This document shows, one piece after another, positions 11,205-25,032 of a DNA stretch of 64,000 nucleotides. The stretch lies in NCBI GenBank assembly GCA_951406725.2, contig OX597817.1, forward strand, positions 143,406,001 through 143,470,000. The letters run 5' to 3'. Numbering within the stretch: the first letter of the stretch is position 1; every line of letters begins with the position of its first letter. A program made the position numbers and the translations under genes. The notes under the pieces were generated by a model. It worked only from the letters and a program-made list of their open reading frames with translations, did not search any database and was not told where the DNA came from. Source of the stretch: Octopus vulgaris. Taxonomy: Eukaryota.

Positions 11205-11652
11205 CATCATCATCATCATCATCATTTAATGTCCGCTTTCCATGCTAGCATGGGTTGGACGGTTCAACTGGGGTCTGGGGAGCCCGAATGCTGCACCAGG
11301 CCAGTCAGATCTATATATATGTTTGTCCCCCCAACATCGCTTGACAACCCAAACCAAACGGCTGCAAAGCACACTTTTTCCTACACACCCATATATAAAA
11401 ATCAGTGACTCAACCACGATAGGCCGAGTCATGGTCAGGTTATAAAAAGCAGCCACAATGCGTGAGATTTTCCTGCCACACCCAACTGTACAAAGCAAAA
11501 AGACAATAGCCGAGATGCGTTTGATCACAGATCTACTCTGTCTCAGTTGACCTGGGGTTAAATAGCAACAACCCTGACTGGTAGACCAACAAGATGTACT
11601 TCATTTCTGTGGTTCTTTTTTCTTTAACCCTTTGGCATTTAAACCAGCTATA

Positions 11653-12076
11653 GGCACAGGAGTGGCTGTGTGGTAAGTTGCTTGCTTACCAGCCACATGG
11701 TTCTGGGTTCAGTCCCACTGTGCGGCACCTTGGGCAAGTGTCTTCTACTATAGCCTCGGGCCGACCAAAGCCTTGTGAGTGGATTTGGTAGATAGAAACT
11801 GAAAGAAGCCCGTCGTATATATGTATGTGTGTATATATGTATGTATACGTATATATGTATATGTTTATTTGTCTGTGTTTGCCCCCCACCCAAACATTGC
11901 TTGACAACCGATGCTAGTGTGTTTACGTCCCTGTAGCTTAGTGGTTTGGCAAAAGAGACCAATAGAATAAGTACTAAGCTTACAAAGAATAAGTCCAAGT
12001 GTCGATTTGCTCGACTAAAGGCGGTGCTCCAGCATGGCCACAGTGAAATGACTGAAACAAGTAAAAGAGTAAAGAG
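11653..12076 (+). mobile_element. SINE family A (tRNA-derived), full-length representative
   Basis: Head ggcacaggagtggctgtgtggtaag...ggttcagtccc (A/B boxes), then CCTTGGGCAAGT, an internal TA/TG microsatellite, and tail ctaaaggcggtgctccagcatggcc...gactgaaacaagtaaaagag. Other copies include ~505-606(-), 8830-9175(-), 10998-11165(+), 12293-12720(-), 16585-17000(-), 25035-25910(+, two), 32510-32865(-), 33585-33750(+), 41975-42345(+), 52165-52395(-) and 60420-60640(+). Confidence 0.85.
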
Positions 12077-12756
12077 TATATCCAGCCCAAATATTCTATC
12101 TGTTTTATGTTCGGACAGGCCAGATCCAGCTTCTTATACTTACCCAACAATGCCATTCTGAAAATACACAATCACGCCACTGGACTCTCAAAGCCATGAC
12201 ACAATGCATGATTTATTCAAAGCAATGTGAATAAAAGAAAAAAAAAAGAAACATTACTTTTGACAGAGGAATCTGAAAGCTAAAAGGTTAACCTTTTACT
12301 TGGCTTCAGTCATTGGACTGCAGCCATGCTGGGGAAACTCCCTTTAAGGGTTTAGTTGAACAAACTGAGCCCAGTACATTTGTTTTTTAAAGTCAGGCAT
12401 TTTTCTATCAATCTCTTTTACCAAATTCCGAAGTTACTGGGACATAAACAAACCATCACCAGCTGTCAAGTGGAGGTAGTGAGGAACACACACACATATA
12501 CACATTACTCTTTTACCCATTTCAGCCATGTGGCTGCAGTCATGCTGGAGCACCACCATGATAACAAACTTTCGCAGTTTCGATCTACCAAATTCCCTCT
12601 CACAAGGCATAGGTTGGCCTGGGGCTATAACAGAAGCCACTTGTCCAAGGTGCCACACAGTGGGACTGAACCTGAAACCACAGCGTTGGGAAGTGAACCG
12701 CTCAACCACAAAGCCATGCCTACCATCTAAGTAAAAAAAAAAGGATTACATTAGAT

Positions 12757-12961
12757 CAGGAGTTCCCAACCAGCAGTTCTTGACCCCGCTGGAGGGTCAT
12801 CAAGCTTTGGCAGTGGGGTTCAAGTATCCTTGCTAGAAGTAGCTTGGCATAATATTAATTAATTAAAATGTAAATGAAGCTGCTGTTAGTAGGGGGCGGT
12901 CACGTGGGTGTCAAGCTTTCTGGGTAAGGGGTTGCGAGTGCAAGAACGATGAGAAGCGCTG
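12757..12961. mobile_element. hAT-type MITE
   Basis: Ends caggagttccca / tgagaagcgctg, with a perfect 8-bp TSD CATTAGAT. Confidence 0.75.
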
Positions 12962-13372
12962 CATTAGATAATATAATCCTAGATACCCACTTCCATAGGG
13001 TGGGCATGGTTGGAATGCTCTTAATTCTGATCTGGGGGCCCCTCTTTTCTATTTCTGATCACTACCATCCCCAAAAAAGCAAAGGTCAAGGAAGAAGATG
13101 AATACGAAAGACCAAATAGGAAAGAAAAGCAAAAATAATAATTCTTTCTAAATTTGGTACAGGACTAGCAATTTTGAAGGGGGCGGAGCAAACTAATTAC
13201 ATCGACCCCAGTACTCTAACTGGTACATATTATATCACCTCTGAAAGGCTTAAAAGCAATGTTGACTTTGGTGAGATTTGAACTTCGAACATAAAGAGCT
13301 GGAAGGAATGCTGCTAAAGTGTTTTTGCTTCAAAATCTAGCAACTCTGCCTGCTTGCTGCCTTGCTATTGAT

Positions 13373-13430
13373 TATGATGATGATGATGATGATGGTGGTG
13401 GTAATGATGATGGTGATGGTGTTGATGATG

Positions 13431-13462
<32 letters not shown>

Positions 13463-13641
13463 GTTGATGATGGTGATGATGTTGCTGATGATGATGTTGC
13501 TGATGATGATGTTACTGATGATGATGTTACTGATGATGATGTTACTGATGATGATGTTGCTGATGATGATGATGATGCTGATGCTGATGATGGTGATGAT
13601 GATGATGATGATGATGATGATGGTGATGCGGTTGATGTTGA
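13373..13641. repeat. (GAT)n compound microsatellite with a 15-bp higher-order unit
   Basis: gatgatgatgtt(g/a)ct repeated six times at ~13472-13561 within GAT/GGT repeats. Confidence 0.95.
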
Positions 13642-16537
13642 TAGCATTAATGTAAAATAGCAGTCCAATTATTACCATTCCAAAATATGTAACACGTGAG
13701 AAGCAAAGCTGAATGCCAAAATAATCCTTATTTAAAATCTAATTTCACATTACATTAAGTTTGAAAAACACTGCGTTATCGTATCACAGTCGGTTAGACA
13801 TGAAACGAATAGAAAAAGATAACAATGATAGATTCAAAACAGCTCTGCAACATGAATACACATATGACCAAATATGAAGAAATATATGCAGCTCTGAACA
13901 ACAGATGGCAGCTTCTTTGTTTGGTTTGTCTCTTTGAAATCTTTTCTTATTTCTCTGCAGGGTCAAATTAAATCTCTGACTCATGCAAATATGTGTCTAA
14001 GCTTTTACTTTGTTTCAGTCATTGGACTGCAGCCAAGTTGGGCACCACTTCAAAGGGGTTTTAGTTCATCTAATCGAATACATTACATTTTCTTTTAATC
14101 TAAGTCTGGTTTTTATTCTGTTGATCTCTTTTGCTGAACTACTAAATCACTTTTAAACAAGAAGTTTGTCTCATAAAACCAGGGGCAACCTCAGGGTTGG
14201 TATCATTGATGTCATAAGGAATGTGCCTACCTGATGAAGGGCAGTTACATGAAACACTATGTCATTTCTGCTCACAGCACAATTGTTGATTAACATTTTT
14301 CTGGCTGTCAGTGTGGTGGGACACACACAATGGACTTCCACAGTTTCCATCTCAAAATTCACTCACAATACCCTGGTTGGCCTGAGACCAAAGGTGCCAT
14401 GCTGTGGGACTGAACCCAAAACGAGCTTCTTAACCATGCCTGTCCCTAAATATTTGGACATCTGTTGCCTCATTAACCAAACAATAGAGTTTGTAAGAGA
14501 ATTTTCCTGTTTATCTACACCAGGAGTTCTCAGCCATTTTCTTTTATATCTATGGACCCCTTTTGGCTATCATTTTATTCAGGTGGACTCCCAGTTGCTT
14601 TCCATTCAATGTTTAAAATTTAGTTTTATAGATACTTCTTGCTTTTGTTTTTATCACCCATTTCCTTATGTAGGTTTGCAATAGAATGCAACAAGATGCA
14701 GACACCTATCCGTACATTGTAAATAATGTACAGAATTCCTCATCCCAAAAATATAGAATGGTACTAGTTGTTTCTTGCAAGAAATACCTCTGAACCAGTG
14801 GTTCTCAACCAGGGTCCATATAAGAGTTTGGGGGTTCCACACAGCAGAATAGTAAGTTGGGGATCTACAATATTTTAAGGATCCCTGAAGAAATTTTGAG
14901 TCCAATGTATGTATTGGTAAGTATTACAAAAAACAGACAGGTTTCTTTCTCTAACGTTTAACATAGTTCAACCAACGCAAGAACATCAAATGGCTATGGG
15001 GGTCCACCAGAATAGTGATCAAAGGGGTCCATAGATAAAAAATGGTGTGTATATATGCCTGCTTGTGCATGATTTCGTGTTTCCTTGCTTCGTCATCATG
15101 GATAGTTGTAAATGAGTGTCACCGTTAAACAAGTGGTGTCCTCCTTTTCCAATTTTCAGTGGAAACTAGTCTGGTCATGGGAAAATATTACTTTAACTGG
15201 ATATAGGCGAGGGCTGATGACAGGAAGAGCATCCCAACATAGAACAATCACCTCAACAAATTCTGTTCGATATATGCGAGCATGGAAAAATGGACATTGA
15301 AATGACGACGACGATGATGATGGTGGTGATGATATTAATCTTGGTGATTCAAATCACCAAAATCGTGAAGTCTTAAATCAATCTTATTTATGTTCTTGAC
15401 ATTTCATAAACTTCTGCATAGAACCAGTTTTAACGCCACAGTAAATTTTTCTACAAATTTTCTCCATATTTTGATGGATGCCTGCCTACTAGAAACAAGA
15501 CCATGTCAGATAAGACATTTAATATACATTATACGTTCATTACAGTAATGTAACTTGAATTTATTCTCAAGTACCTCATTGTACTTATAGCTGTACTTAT
15601 ATGTCATTAAATTATTGTTCTTCTTAACCTAATTTCCATCCATCTCACACACACACACACACACACTTTCCATGAACTCTCCATCAATCGCTTTTTACGA
15701 AAAAAATATCTGTGTGATAATCATCATCATCATTTTAATGACCATTTTTCTATGTTTGCACATAGGACAGAAAGTATTTGTTGAGATGGATTTCCTACAG
15801 CTGGATGCCCTTCCTGTTGCCAACACTCACCTGCTTCCAGCTAAGATTGATATTTCCCCATGACCAGACATGTTTTCATGGAAGATTGGGAATGAAGGAC
15901 ACTGATTTTCATGACAGTGACAATTGCTTCCAACAATCACATGAAGCCCAGGTAAGGAGACAGTAACACAGACACACACACATATGCATATACAATAGGC
16001 TTCTTTCAGTTTCTGTCTACCAAATTCACTCACAAGGCTATGGCCAGCTTGGGAATATATAAAAAGACACATGCCCAAAGTGCCACGTGATGGAACTGGA
16101 CCAGAAACCATATGGTTGAGAAGCAAGCTTCGTGTGTGTGTGTGCGTGTGTGTTTGTGTGCTGGGTAGTTGGTGTTAGGAAGGGCATCCAGCTGTAAAAA
16201 CCATGCCAAAACGGACACAGTAGTCTGGTGCAGGCTCCTGCCTGGCCAGCTCCTGTCAAACCGTCCAACCCATGCCAGCATGGTAGGCAGACATTAAATG
16301 ATATATAAACCATAAAAAGTCAGGAGCTATGAGAAATTAATATATTTATTTAACCACATGACATCCTTAGGGTTACAGTCGTTTCATAGCCTTCATGTAG
16401 TAATAACTTCAGTGTGCAATAAAATTATGCTTACATGTTAGCATTGATAGGCAGGCTACTGGATTACTATATGGTTTGATAGCCGACTCTGTTAGAGGAG
16501 CTTTCTGTGATAGCCACACAATTCGCTGAATCCATAT

Positions 16538-16586
<49 letters not shown>

Positions 16587-18104
16587 TTTACCCTTTTTAC
16601 TTGCTTCAGTCATTTGATTGCGGCCATGCTGGGGCACAGCCTTGAAAGTTTTAGTCAAACAATTCGACCCCAGGATCTTTTTTATTTTTTTTATTTTGAA
16701 GCCTAGTACTTATTCTATTGGGCTCTTCCGCTGAACTACTAGGTTACATGGATGTAAACACACCAACACCAGTTGTCAAGTGGTGGTGATGGGGACAAAG
16801 ATCACACACACACACACAGATATATATATATATATATATGACCATCTTCCAGTTTCCATCTATCAAATCCACTCACAAGGCTTTGGTCAGCCCGAGACTA
16901 TAGTACAAGACACTGGCTTGAGGTGCCACACAGTGGGACTGAACCTGGAACCATGTAGTTAGGAAGCAATCTTCTTTCCACACAGCCACACCTGTGCCTA
17001 TATAAAGAATATATAAACTATATATATATATAGAATCTTTTTATTTCTAAAAATTTCACATTCTATTCACACAGACGCTTAACATAAATTGGTAATACAT
17101 CAGTAACGCATTTCTTCCTCTCAAAGACAAAAGACAAAGAAAGATGATTCACTTGAAAGGTCGTGTCATATTCTCCAAAAGAATAAAAGAACAACCAAAA
17201 CCAACAATACTTATTCCAAAGTAAGCTAATAACCACATGAAACAAATAAAAGTCTGACAGTAGTTCTGACCTAATTCCCTAATATAATTATACCAAAATC
17301 GAAACCACAATGCCAGCAAATCATTAGAACAAAAAACACAGAAAAACTTTCCAATTCCTTCAGTTTTCTGTTTTTCATCTATTTTTTTTTACTTGATTTT
17401 TTTTTTTTTTTTTTTTTGTAATATCTCAATGATGAAAGATAATCAAATAAAATGGTAATTCTACTCCAGTAAAAGTATAATTTCCAAATGATTTCAGATT
17501 ACCATATTTTTCATCAAAACTCAAAACAAGTATTCGTATCTGAAGTATTGATGACGACGAAAACGGCAGTGGCGGTGGTGATGATGATGATGATGAGAGG
17601 GAGGATAGATAATATTCACTTTTCATCATAGATTTTTTAAAAAATCAAAAGGAAATTGCATAAAAAACTGTTATTCATGTATATGCATACATCATAAGTG
17701 TGTGTATGGACGTGGGTGTATGTATGTATGTATGAATAAGTATGGACTCTAAAGTATATGTGTATATCTATGTATGGGTGTATGTATGTATACATAAGTG
17801 CATATGCACATGTATGTATGTGTGCATGTATCAACATATATAAGTTACAAAGTATTTAGCAGCAATTTTCATGTGAAAGCAACAAAAATAAAGGAGACAG
17901 GATAGAGACAGACAGAAAAACAGAGGTAGAGAGAGAGACAGATAGAGATAGCGACAGATAAAGAGATAGATAGATAGATAGATAGATAGACAGAGAGAGA
18001 GAGAGAGAGAGAGACAAAGGGGTGAAGACAGAGAAGTGTTGTAAATGACTTCTGAGCAATCTTTTCATAAGCATACTTCTACATCTCAAATACCTCCCAC
18101 ATCA

Positions 18105-18670
18105 CCACACACACACACACACACACCAATGTGCATACACTCCACACACACACACACCAATGTGCATACACTCCACACACACACACCAATGTGCATACAC
18201 TCCACACACACACACCAATGTGCATACACTCCACACACACACACACCAATGTGCATACACTCCACACACACACACACACACACCAATGTGCATACACTCC
18301 ACACACACACACCAAAGTGCATACACTCCACACACACACACCAAAGTGCATACACTCCACACACACACCAAAGTGCATACACTCCACACACACACCAAAG
18401 TGCATACACTCTACACACACACCAAAGTGCATACACTCTACACACACACCAAAGTGCATACACTCTACACACACACCAAAGTGCATACACTCTACACACA
18501 CACACCAAAGTGCATACACTCCACACACACACACACCAAAGTGCATACACTCCACACCAAAGTGCATACACTCCACACACACACACACACACACAACCCA
18601 ATGTGCATACACTCCACACACACACCAAAGTGATATACATGCCACACACTCACACACACACATACACACA

Positions 18671-18706
<36 letters not shown>

Positions 18707-18868
18707 AATGTGCAAACACTCCACACACACACCAAAGTTCATACACTCCACACACACACAACCCAATGTGCATACACTCCACACACACACCAAAGTGCAT
18801 ACACTCCACACACACACACAACCCAATGTGCATACATTCCACACACACACACACTGCTCACACACATA
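18105..18868. repeat. Minisatellite, unit CCAA(T/A)GTGCATACACTC + (CA)n, ~30 bp
   Basis: About 20 consecutive units with variable CA spacers. It explains the cluster of long repetitive ORFs at 18045-18976. Confidence 0.95.
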
Positions 18869-19397
18869 CTTGAAACTTTTCGAAAATGGTGTTTGTTTAC
18901 GCATTTCCCTTCACTTCTAGCAAGAAGGTGTCACATACTCTTCCATTTAATTTTTTTTCGAATATTAGGAAATTAAAATAAAATTCTAAAAAAATTAAAA
19001 TAAAATAAAATAAAATCTAAAACAAAAACTAAAGTTAAAAAAAAAACGAAACACCTACCACCACCACCACCAAATTCAAAATATATTAATAAAACATAAC
19101 AAAATACAATAAACAAAAAAAAAAAAAAATCTGCAGAGTTCTTTCTGAAATTCCAGTCAGGTTTTTCCATATCATTTGATGTTTCTTTGTCTTCATTGTT
19201 CTGTCAGATTTTACAAGGAAACCGAGAGAAGAAAGCATTAAAAGACTGCACGGAATTGTTTATATCTCCAAACCAGAACCGTTTTCATAATAAATTTGAA
19301 TTCTGTTTCCATAACACTGTCACTAGCTTCTTTTCTTTTTTTTTTTTTAACTTTTTTTATAGCATTTATTTTGTTTCTTTTTAATAATTTCAACTTT

Positions 19398-19695
19398 GTG
19401 GTGGTGGTGGTGGTGGTGGTAGTGGTTAGGATGAGGGTGGTGATGATGGCGGTGACTGGTGATGGTGGTGGTGGTGGTGATGATGTCAGTTGAAGACGTG
19501 ATGGTGGTGGTTGTGGTGATGGTGGTGGTGGTTGTGGCGATGGTGGTGGTGGTGATGGCTGTGGTGAGGGTGGTGATGGTGGCAGCGGTGATGATGATGA
19601 TGGTAATGGTGGTGATGGTGGTAGTGGTTGTGGTGATGGCTGTGGTGATGGTGGTGGTGTCAGTTGTGGAGGTGATGGTGGTGATTGTGGTAATG
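19398..19695. repeat. (GGT/GAT)n degenerate trinucleotide tract
   Basis: Directly visible. Confidence 0.9.
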
Positions 19696-20775
19696 CTTAA
19701 AACAACAACTGATTAAAAATAAAAACAGGTGAAAGGGATGAGGAGACAAATCCAATAAAACACCTGAGATAAAAAAAAAAAAAAATTCCTTTAAAAGTGT
19801 TTATGGTGTAAAATGAATAAAACAACGGGCAGAGGGGTGGGAGGGGGAATATGAGGAGAAAAATGGAAAAACAATTATGGTTTGAGATTACAGATTTCTG
19901 GAAATATACACCGATTCCAAGTACTGTCATATCATCACTGTCGTTGTTTAATAGAATCGGTAGAGCAACGAATGCTACTGTTTTTGTTTTTTTATGGTGT
20001 TCAGTTACAGAAAGAGATGATCTGAGATTATAGTGTTATATAAAATGGTAGTTCAGATCTGATCGCGATTAAATTTGGTAAAACTTGATGAAAGAACAGA
20101 CAGATAATGGCAGAAAGAACAGACTTGATGAAATAGCAGACAGATAATGGCAGACTGGGTATCAACCATCGCTGTCATCGTTGTCGTCATCATCACTGTT
20201 TAACATCCGCTTTCCATGCTGGCATGGGTTGGACAGTTTGACTGAGGACAGGCAAGCCGGGAAGCTGCGCCAGGCTCCAGTCTGATCTGGCAAGGGTTTT
20301 ACAACTGGATGCCCTTCCTAACGCCAACCACTCTGAGAGTGTGGTGGATGCTTTTTACATGCCACTGGCACACTGGAGCTTGGTATCAATTTATGGGCAC
20401 TATGGCAGTGAGCTGGCAGAAACGTTAGCACGCTGGGCGAAATACTTAGCAGTATTTTGCCTGTCGCTACTTTCTGAGTTCAAATTCCGCCGAGGTCGAC
20501 TTTGCCTTTCATCCTTTTGGGGTCGATAAATTAAGTACCAGTTACGCACTGGGGATGATACAATCGACTTAATCCATTTGTCTGTCCTTGTTTGTCCTCT
20601 CTGTGTTTAGCCCCTTGTGGGCAGTAAAGAAATAGCTATCAATTTATTGGCACTATATAGGGGTTTAGGTAACAATCTAGTTCACACAATGCAGTCCTTG
20701 AACCCATTGGATTCTGTCAAACTGTCCAACCTATGCTGGCATGGAACATGAATGTTAAATGATGGTGATGCAGAT

Positions 20776-21134
20776 CAGTGGTTCCCAAGTGGGCGCTGTT
20801 GTCCCCACTTCACCCCACCCCATCCCGGGAGTGGTGGGAAGTTCCAAGGGGGTATTGAAGAAAAGTGGGGCGATAATGGGTGAGCAATTCATATAAAAAG
20901 TTGGGTGATAACGGGGTGATGAATTGTGTAAAAATTGTGGTGATAATGGGGTGGCAATTCATGTAAAAACAAAATAATGGGTTTGTTAGGTTAAGTTTTA
21001 TTTGTGAAATACAATTGCTTTGAATTCGCTTCAGAAAGAGGTCTATGTTTGTGGTGGTTAGTTGGGGTGGGGGCGCTAGGAGTCTGGCCTGGGTGTCAAG
21101 GGGGCAGCAGCCCGAAAAAGTTTGGGAACCACTG
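20776..21134. mobile_element. hAT-type MITE
   Basis: TIRs cagtggttcccaa / ttgggaaccactg; 8-bp TSD atgcagat / atggagat. Confidence 0.85.
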
Positions 21135-23286
21135 ATGGAGATGATGAAACCAGAGGTGTTCAGATTGATACAAAAAAGGTTAAACAAATGAAAGTAATGC
21201 ATTTTTTTGAGATTTTGGGTTTTTTTTTTTATTGTATATACACAAACTTGCATTCTTCAATAGAAGGGTAGTTTCTTAGAGAATGAAACTGGCTTCTTTT
21301 ATACTTGTTCTAAAATGTGACTAGATATGAAGGCCTCACTACAGCAAGAAACCCCATTCTGCTCTGATCCCTTCTCTCATACTTTAACCCCCTAATCTCC
21401 TAGTACAAAATCACTTCTCTCAAGATCCTTAGTTTTGCAAGATATATTGTGACCTCACAAGTCATCATCATCATTGTTCGACCATGGTCGAGACAATGGA
21501 ATTTACCATTCTACGCTAGACTTCACGGTCCATCATAGCATTACGGTGGTCCTGTTGCTGGATGCCTGTATCCCTAGAGATTACATCAGGGTAGGAGAGT
21601 GGAAAAGGGTAGGAAAAGACCTCACTAGTGCTGGTGCCAGGAAAATAAAAGCACCCAGTACACACTGGCTTCTTTCAGTTTCCATCTACCAAATCCACTC
21701 ACAAGGTATTCGTCGGCTCAAGACTACAGTAGCAGACACTTGGCCAAGGTGTCACACAGCGGGATTGAACCCAGAACCATGTGGTTGGGAAGCAAACCTC
21801 TTACCACACAGCCATACCTGCACCTGTGGCCCGTGTTCAATCTAAACATTAATTTATTTCTTCGTCAACAAACACATCAGACTCCAATGTTCTACAACCT
21901 GATTATGGAACACCAGACAGACAACAATTGGGTGATGGGGTTGGCAAGGATATGAAGGAATTGGTAATAGCAGAGTGGGTATGGGGATTGGGGGTGGAAT
22001 TGGTGCAGAAGGGAGAAGTGAGGTTGATGCAAGGGGAGAAGGTGGGGATTGATGCAGTTAAGATAATTAGATTAATTAGCTACACAAAAAAAAAAAGTTA
22101 AGTGCATAGAGGAGAAGACAGGGGGAAGAGGAAGGAGAGGAGGACAGGGGTGGGAGATAAAAAAAGGTGATGATGGTGAGGGAGTAATATGAGAAAGAGA
22201 GAAGGAGAATTACAGAAAAAACTAGCAGAGGGAAATAGGTGAGGTATGAGGAAGTAATTAAGAAGGAATGGTAGAGAGGAGGAGGGGAGAGGGGATAGGA
22301 AGAGGAAGCATGGAGAGAAGTCGTAGTAGGAATATGAATAAAGGGAAGGCCATTTTATTTTATTTTATTTTGCTACAACAGAAAAGTCCTTGAGACTGCT
22401 ATGTGTAAGGGGTGAGGAAGGGCGAGCATAAAGGGTCTCATCCTCACCACCGCCACCACTGCCACTGCCACCACCTGCATAAACAGGTGAAGATCAATGG
22501 AATTATTGATTATAATGAGAAAACATTTTCATGTAGAAATATGTTGCAAGACAGCATTAGAGATCAATAACTGTATCTTATTAATGGGAAGATGAAGAAA
22601 GATGCCGAGAAGCAATCAAGCAGTCTCAGACACACCTGGATGGAGGGGACACAGACATATTTACACAGGCAAGCACCGATATATAGGCACAGATGTGGCT
22701 GTGTGGTTAAGAAGTTTGGTTCCAAACACAAGGTTTTGGGTTCAATCTACTACAGCCTCAGGCTGACCAGAACCTTGTGAGAGGATTTGGTAGCGTGATC
22801 ATTGCCAGAGCGGCTAACTGGCGTTCGTGCCGGTGGCACATAAAAATCACCATTCTAGTGTGATCGTTACCAGCGTCGCCTTACTGGCACTTGTGCCGGT
22901 GTGCAGATGACATGTTAAATAAAAAAAAAAAAAATTTTGTGGCCGTTGCCAGTACCGCCTGACTGGCACGTAAAAGCACCCACTACACTCTCGGAGTGGT
23001 TGGTGTTAGGAAGGGCATCCAGCTGTAGAAACTCTGCCAGATCAAGATTGAGGCCTGGTGCAGCCATCTGGTTCGCCAGTCCATATCAAATCGTCCAACC
23101 CATGCTAGCATGGAAAGCGGACATTAAACAATGATGATGATGATGATGATGAAGCTGAAAGAAGCCAGTCATATATGGTAGGTGGGTATTGTCCACCACC
23201 CCAGCTTGACAACCGGTGTTGGTGTGTTCACATCCCCACCACTAAGTGAATGGAGGCCTATATATGTGTGTGTGTGTGTGTGTGTA

Positions 23287-23623
23287 AAGGTGCATGGCTC
23301 AGTGGTTAGAGCGTCGAGCTTACGATCGTGAGGTTGTGAGGAGCTCGAATCCTGGACTGGGCTGCATGTTGTGTTCTTGAGCAAGACACTTAACTTCACA
23401 CTGCTCCAGTTCACTCAGCTGTAGAAATGAGTTGCGATGTCACTGGTGCCAAGCTGTACCGGTCCTTGCCTTTCCCTTGAATAACACTGGGGGTGTGGAG
23501 AGGGGAGGCCGGTATGCATGGACAACTGCTGGTCTTCCATAAACAACTTTGCCCGGACTTGTGCCTGGGAGGGTAACTTTCTAGGTGCAATCCCATGGTG
23601 AGTGCCATGACCAAAGGGGGTCT
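23287..23623 (+). mobile_element. SINE family D (tRNA-derived head)
   Basis: aaggtgcatggctcagtggttagagcg...gctcgaatcc, then gtgttcttgagcaagacactt...ctaggtgcaatcccatgg. A second copy lies at 7218-7527. Confidence 0.8.
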
Positions 23624-24009
23624 CAGATCAGATCAGATCAGATATATATATATTGGTTAAGTTGTTTTTGCAGTATATAGTACTATTATTAATAATGCTA
23701 ATAAATTTTTGGAAAGAATAAGCTAAGACATTTAGTAGAACAAGGTTATAAACATGGTTAAGTTGGTTAAAACTTTTAATCGCTGTTTAGGTGAGAAACT
23801 TACTGCCTGACTGGCCCTTGTGCCAGTGGCACGTAAAAGCAGCCACTACACTCTCGGAGTGGTTAGCGTTAGGAAGGGCATCCAGCTGTAGAAACTCAAG
23901 CAGATCAGATTGGAGCCTGGTGCAGCCATCTGGCTCACCAATCCCCAGTCAAACAGTCCAACCCATGCCAGCATGGAAAGCAGACATTAAACAATGATGA
24001 TGATGAAAT

Positions 24010-24990
24010 ATGGGGTAATATCTAGTCTTCAGCTTCACAAATATTTGTAAGGATTTGAAGGTTTAAGATTCAAGTTATTTGCTTACTATGTCATCAGTAT
24101 TGAGACAATTGAGAAAATGGTAATTACGCACTATGGCATCAATATTTAGTTGCTCTTTAAATTCTTGGTGAGGGAGCCGCGCGTCTGATTAATTTTAATA
24201 CTTGTAGTTTTATTGTCTTTTAAACAGTTTAATTAGCTTTAAAAATACCAAGGTTTATAATGTCAGTTTATTACAAGTACTTTTATTAGTTCCTGTTTAA
24301 TGAAATTTAAGTCACTGGTAATTTAATATTATAACTTGTAGTGGCAATATATTAATGAGTATGTAGTGTTTTATTATTAACTTTTGAATGATGAAATAAT
24401 GTATTTCACTCATAAAAACATTAGTTAAATTAATTTCAATCATGTTTTGTTTTGGAAAATTTTTTGTAAGGCTTGAAATTTCATTGTATAGTAGTATCTA
24501 TGGAAGACCGGTGGGGTTATTATTTATATGGACTTAAAGATGGATCGCAATTTAGCATATAATTTAGATATTGCAGTTTACAAATTAATACCGATACAAT
24601 GTACACTGGTTTAAATGTCTCTTTGTTGTAGTTTTATTAAAGTTAGTGTTTAATCCTGATGTGTTCATTAGTGTTTAATATTGATTTATATTACACTACG
24701 GAAGACGGTAGGGATTATAATTTTGTATGACTTAATAGAGTTGTCAGTGTTTAGTTAGGTATTTAGGAGTGGTTGCAATTTACTTATGGAATTTATTTAT
24801 CGATACGGTTGGGCATAGGGTAAATGTGTTTGAAAGTTGTGGTTTCTTTGGTTTGTTCCCAAACAACACTTATTTTAGTGCTGTTGACACTGCCGGATTG
24901 AATGGTGCTGCCCAAATGTCGAAACCATAATGATATCCGTGGGGCAGCCGATGATGGGGATATGTTGGTATGGCTATGGAATTATAACAC
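24010..24990 (-). mobile_element. Highly decayed Penelope-like element (GIY-YIG C-terminal region)
   Basis: Frameshifted minus-strand peptides LKDNK, KLIRRAAP and LNTDD occur in the order expected for a PLE endonuclease C-terminus. There is an internal ~200-bp degenerate direct repeat (cta(t/c)ggaagac at ~24498 and ~24697). Confidence 0.4.
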
Positions 24991-24997
24991 ATGCTTT

Positions 24998-25032
<35 letters not shown>

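Noticed and set aside
13319-13678. Poly-Asp, poly-Met, poly-Ser and poly-Ile ORFs
   Set aside because: A (GAT)n microsatellite is open in several frames, with no splice or codon evidence.
18045-18976. Long His/Thr- or Cys/Val-rich ORFs; repeat-spacer look reminiscent of CRISPR
   Set aside because: These are translations of a minisatellite. The spacers are only (CA)n, the context is eukaryotic and there are no cas genes.
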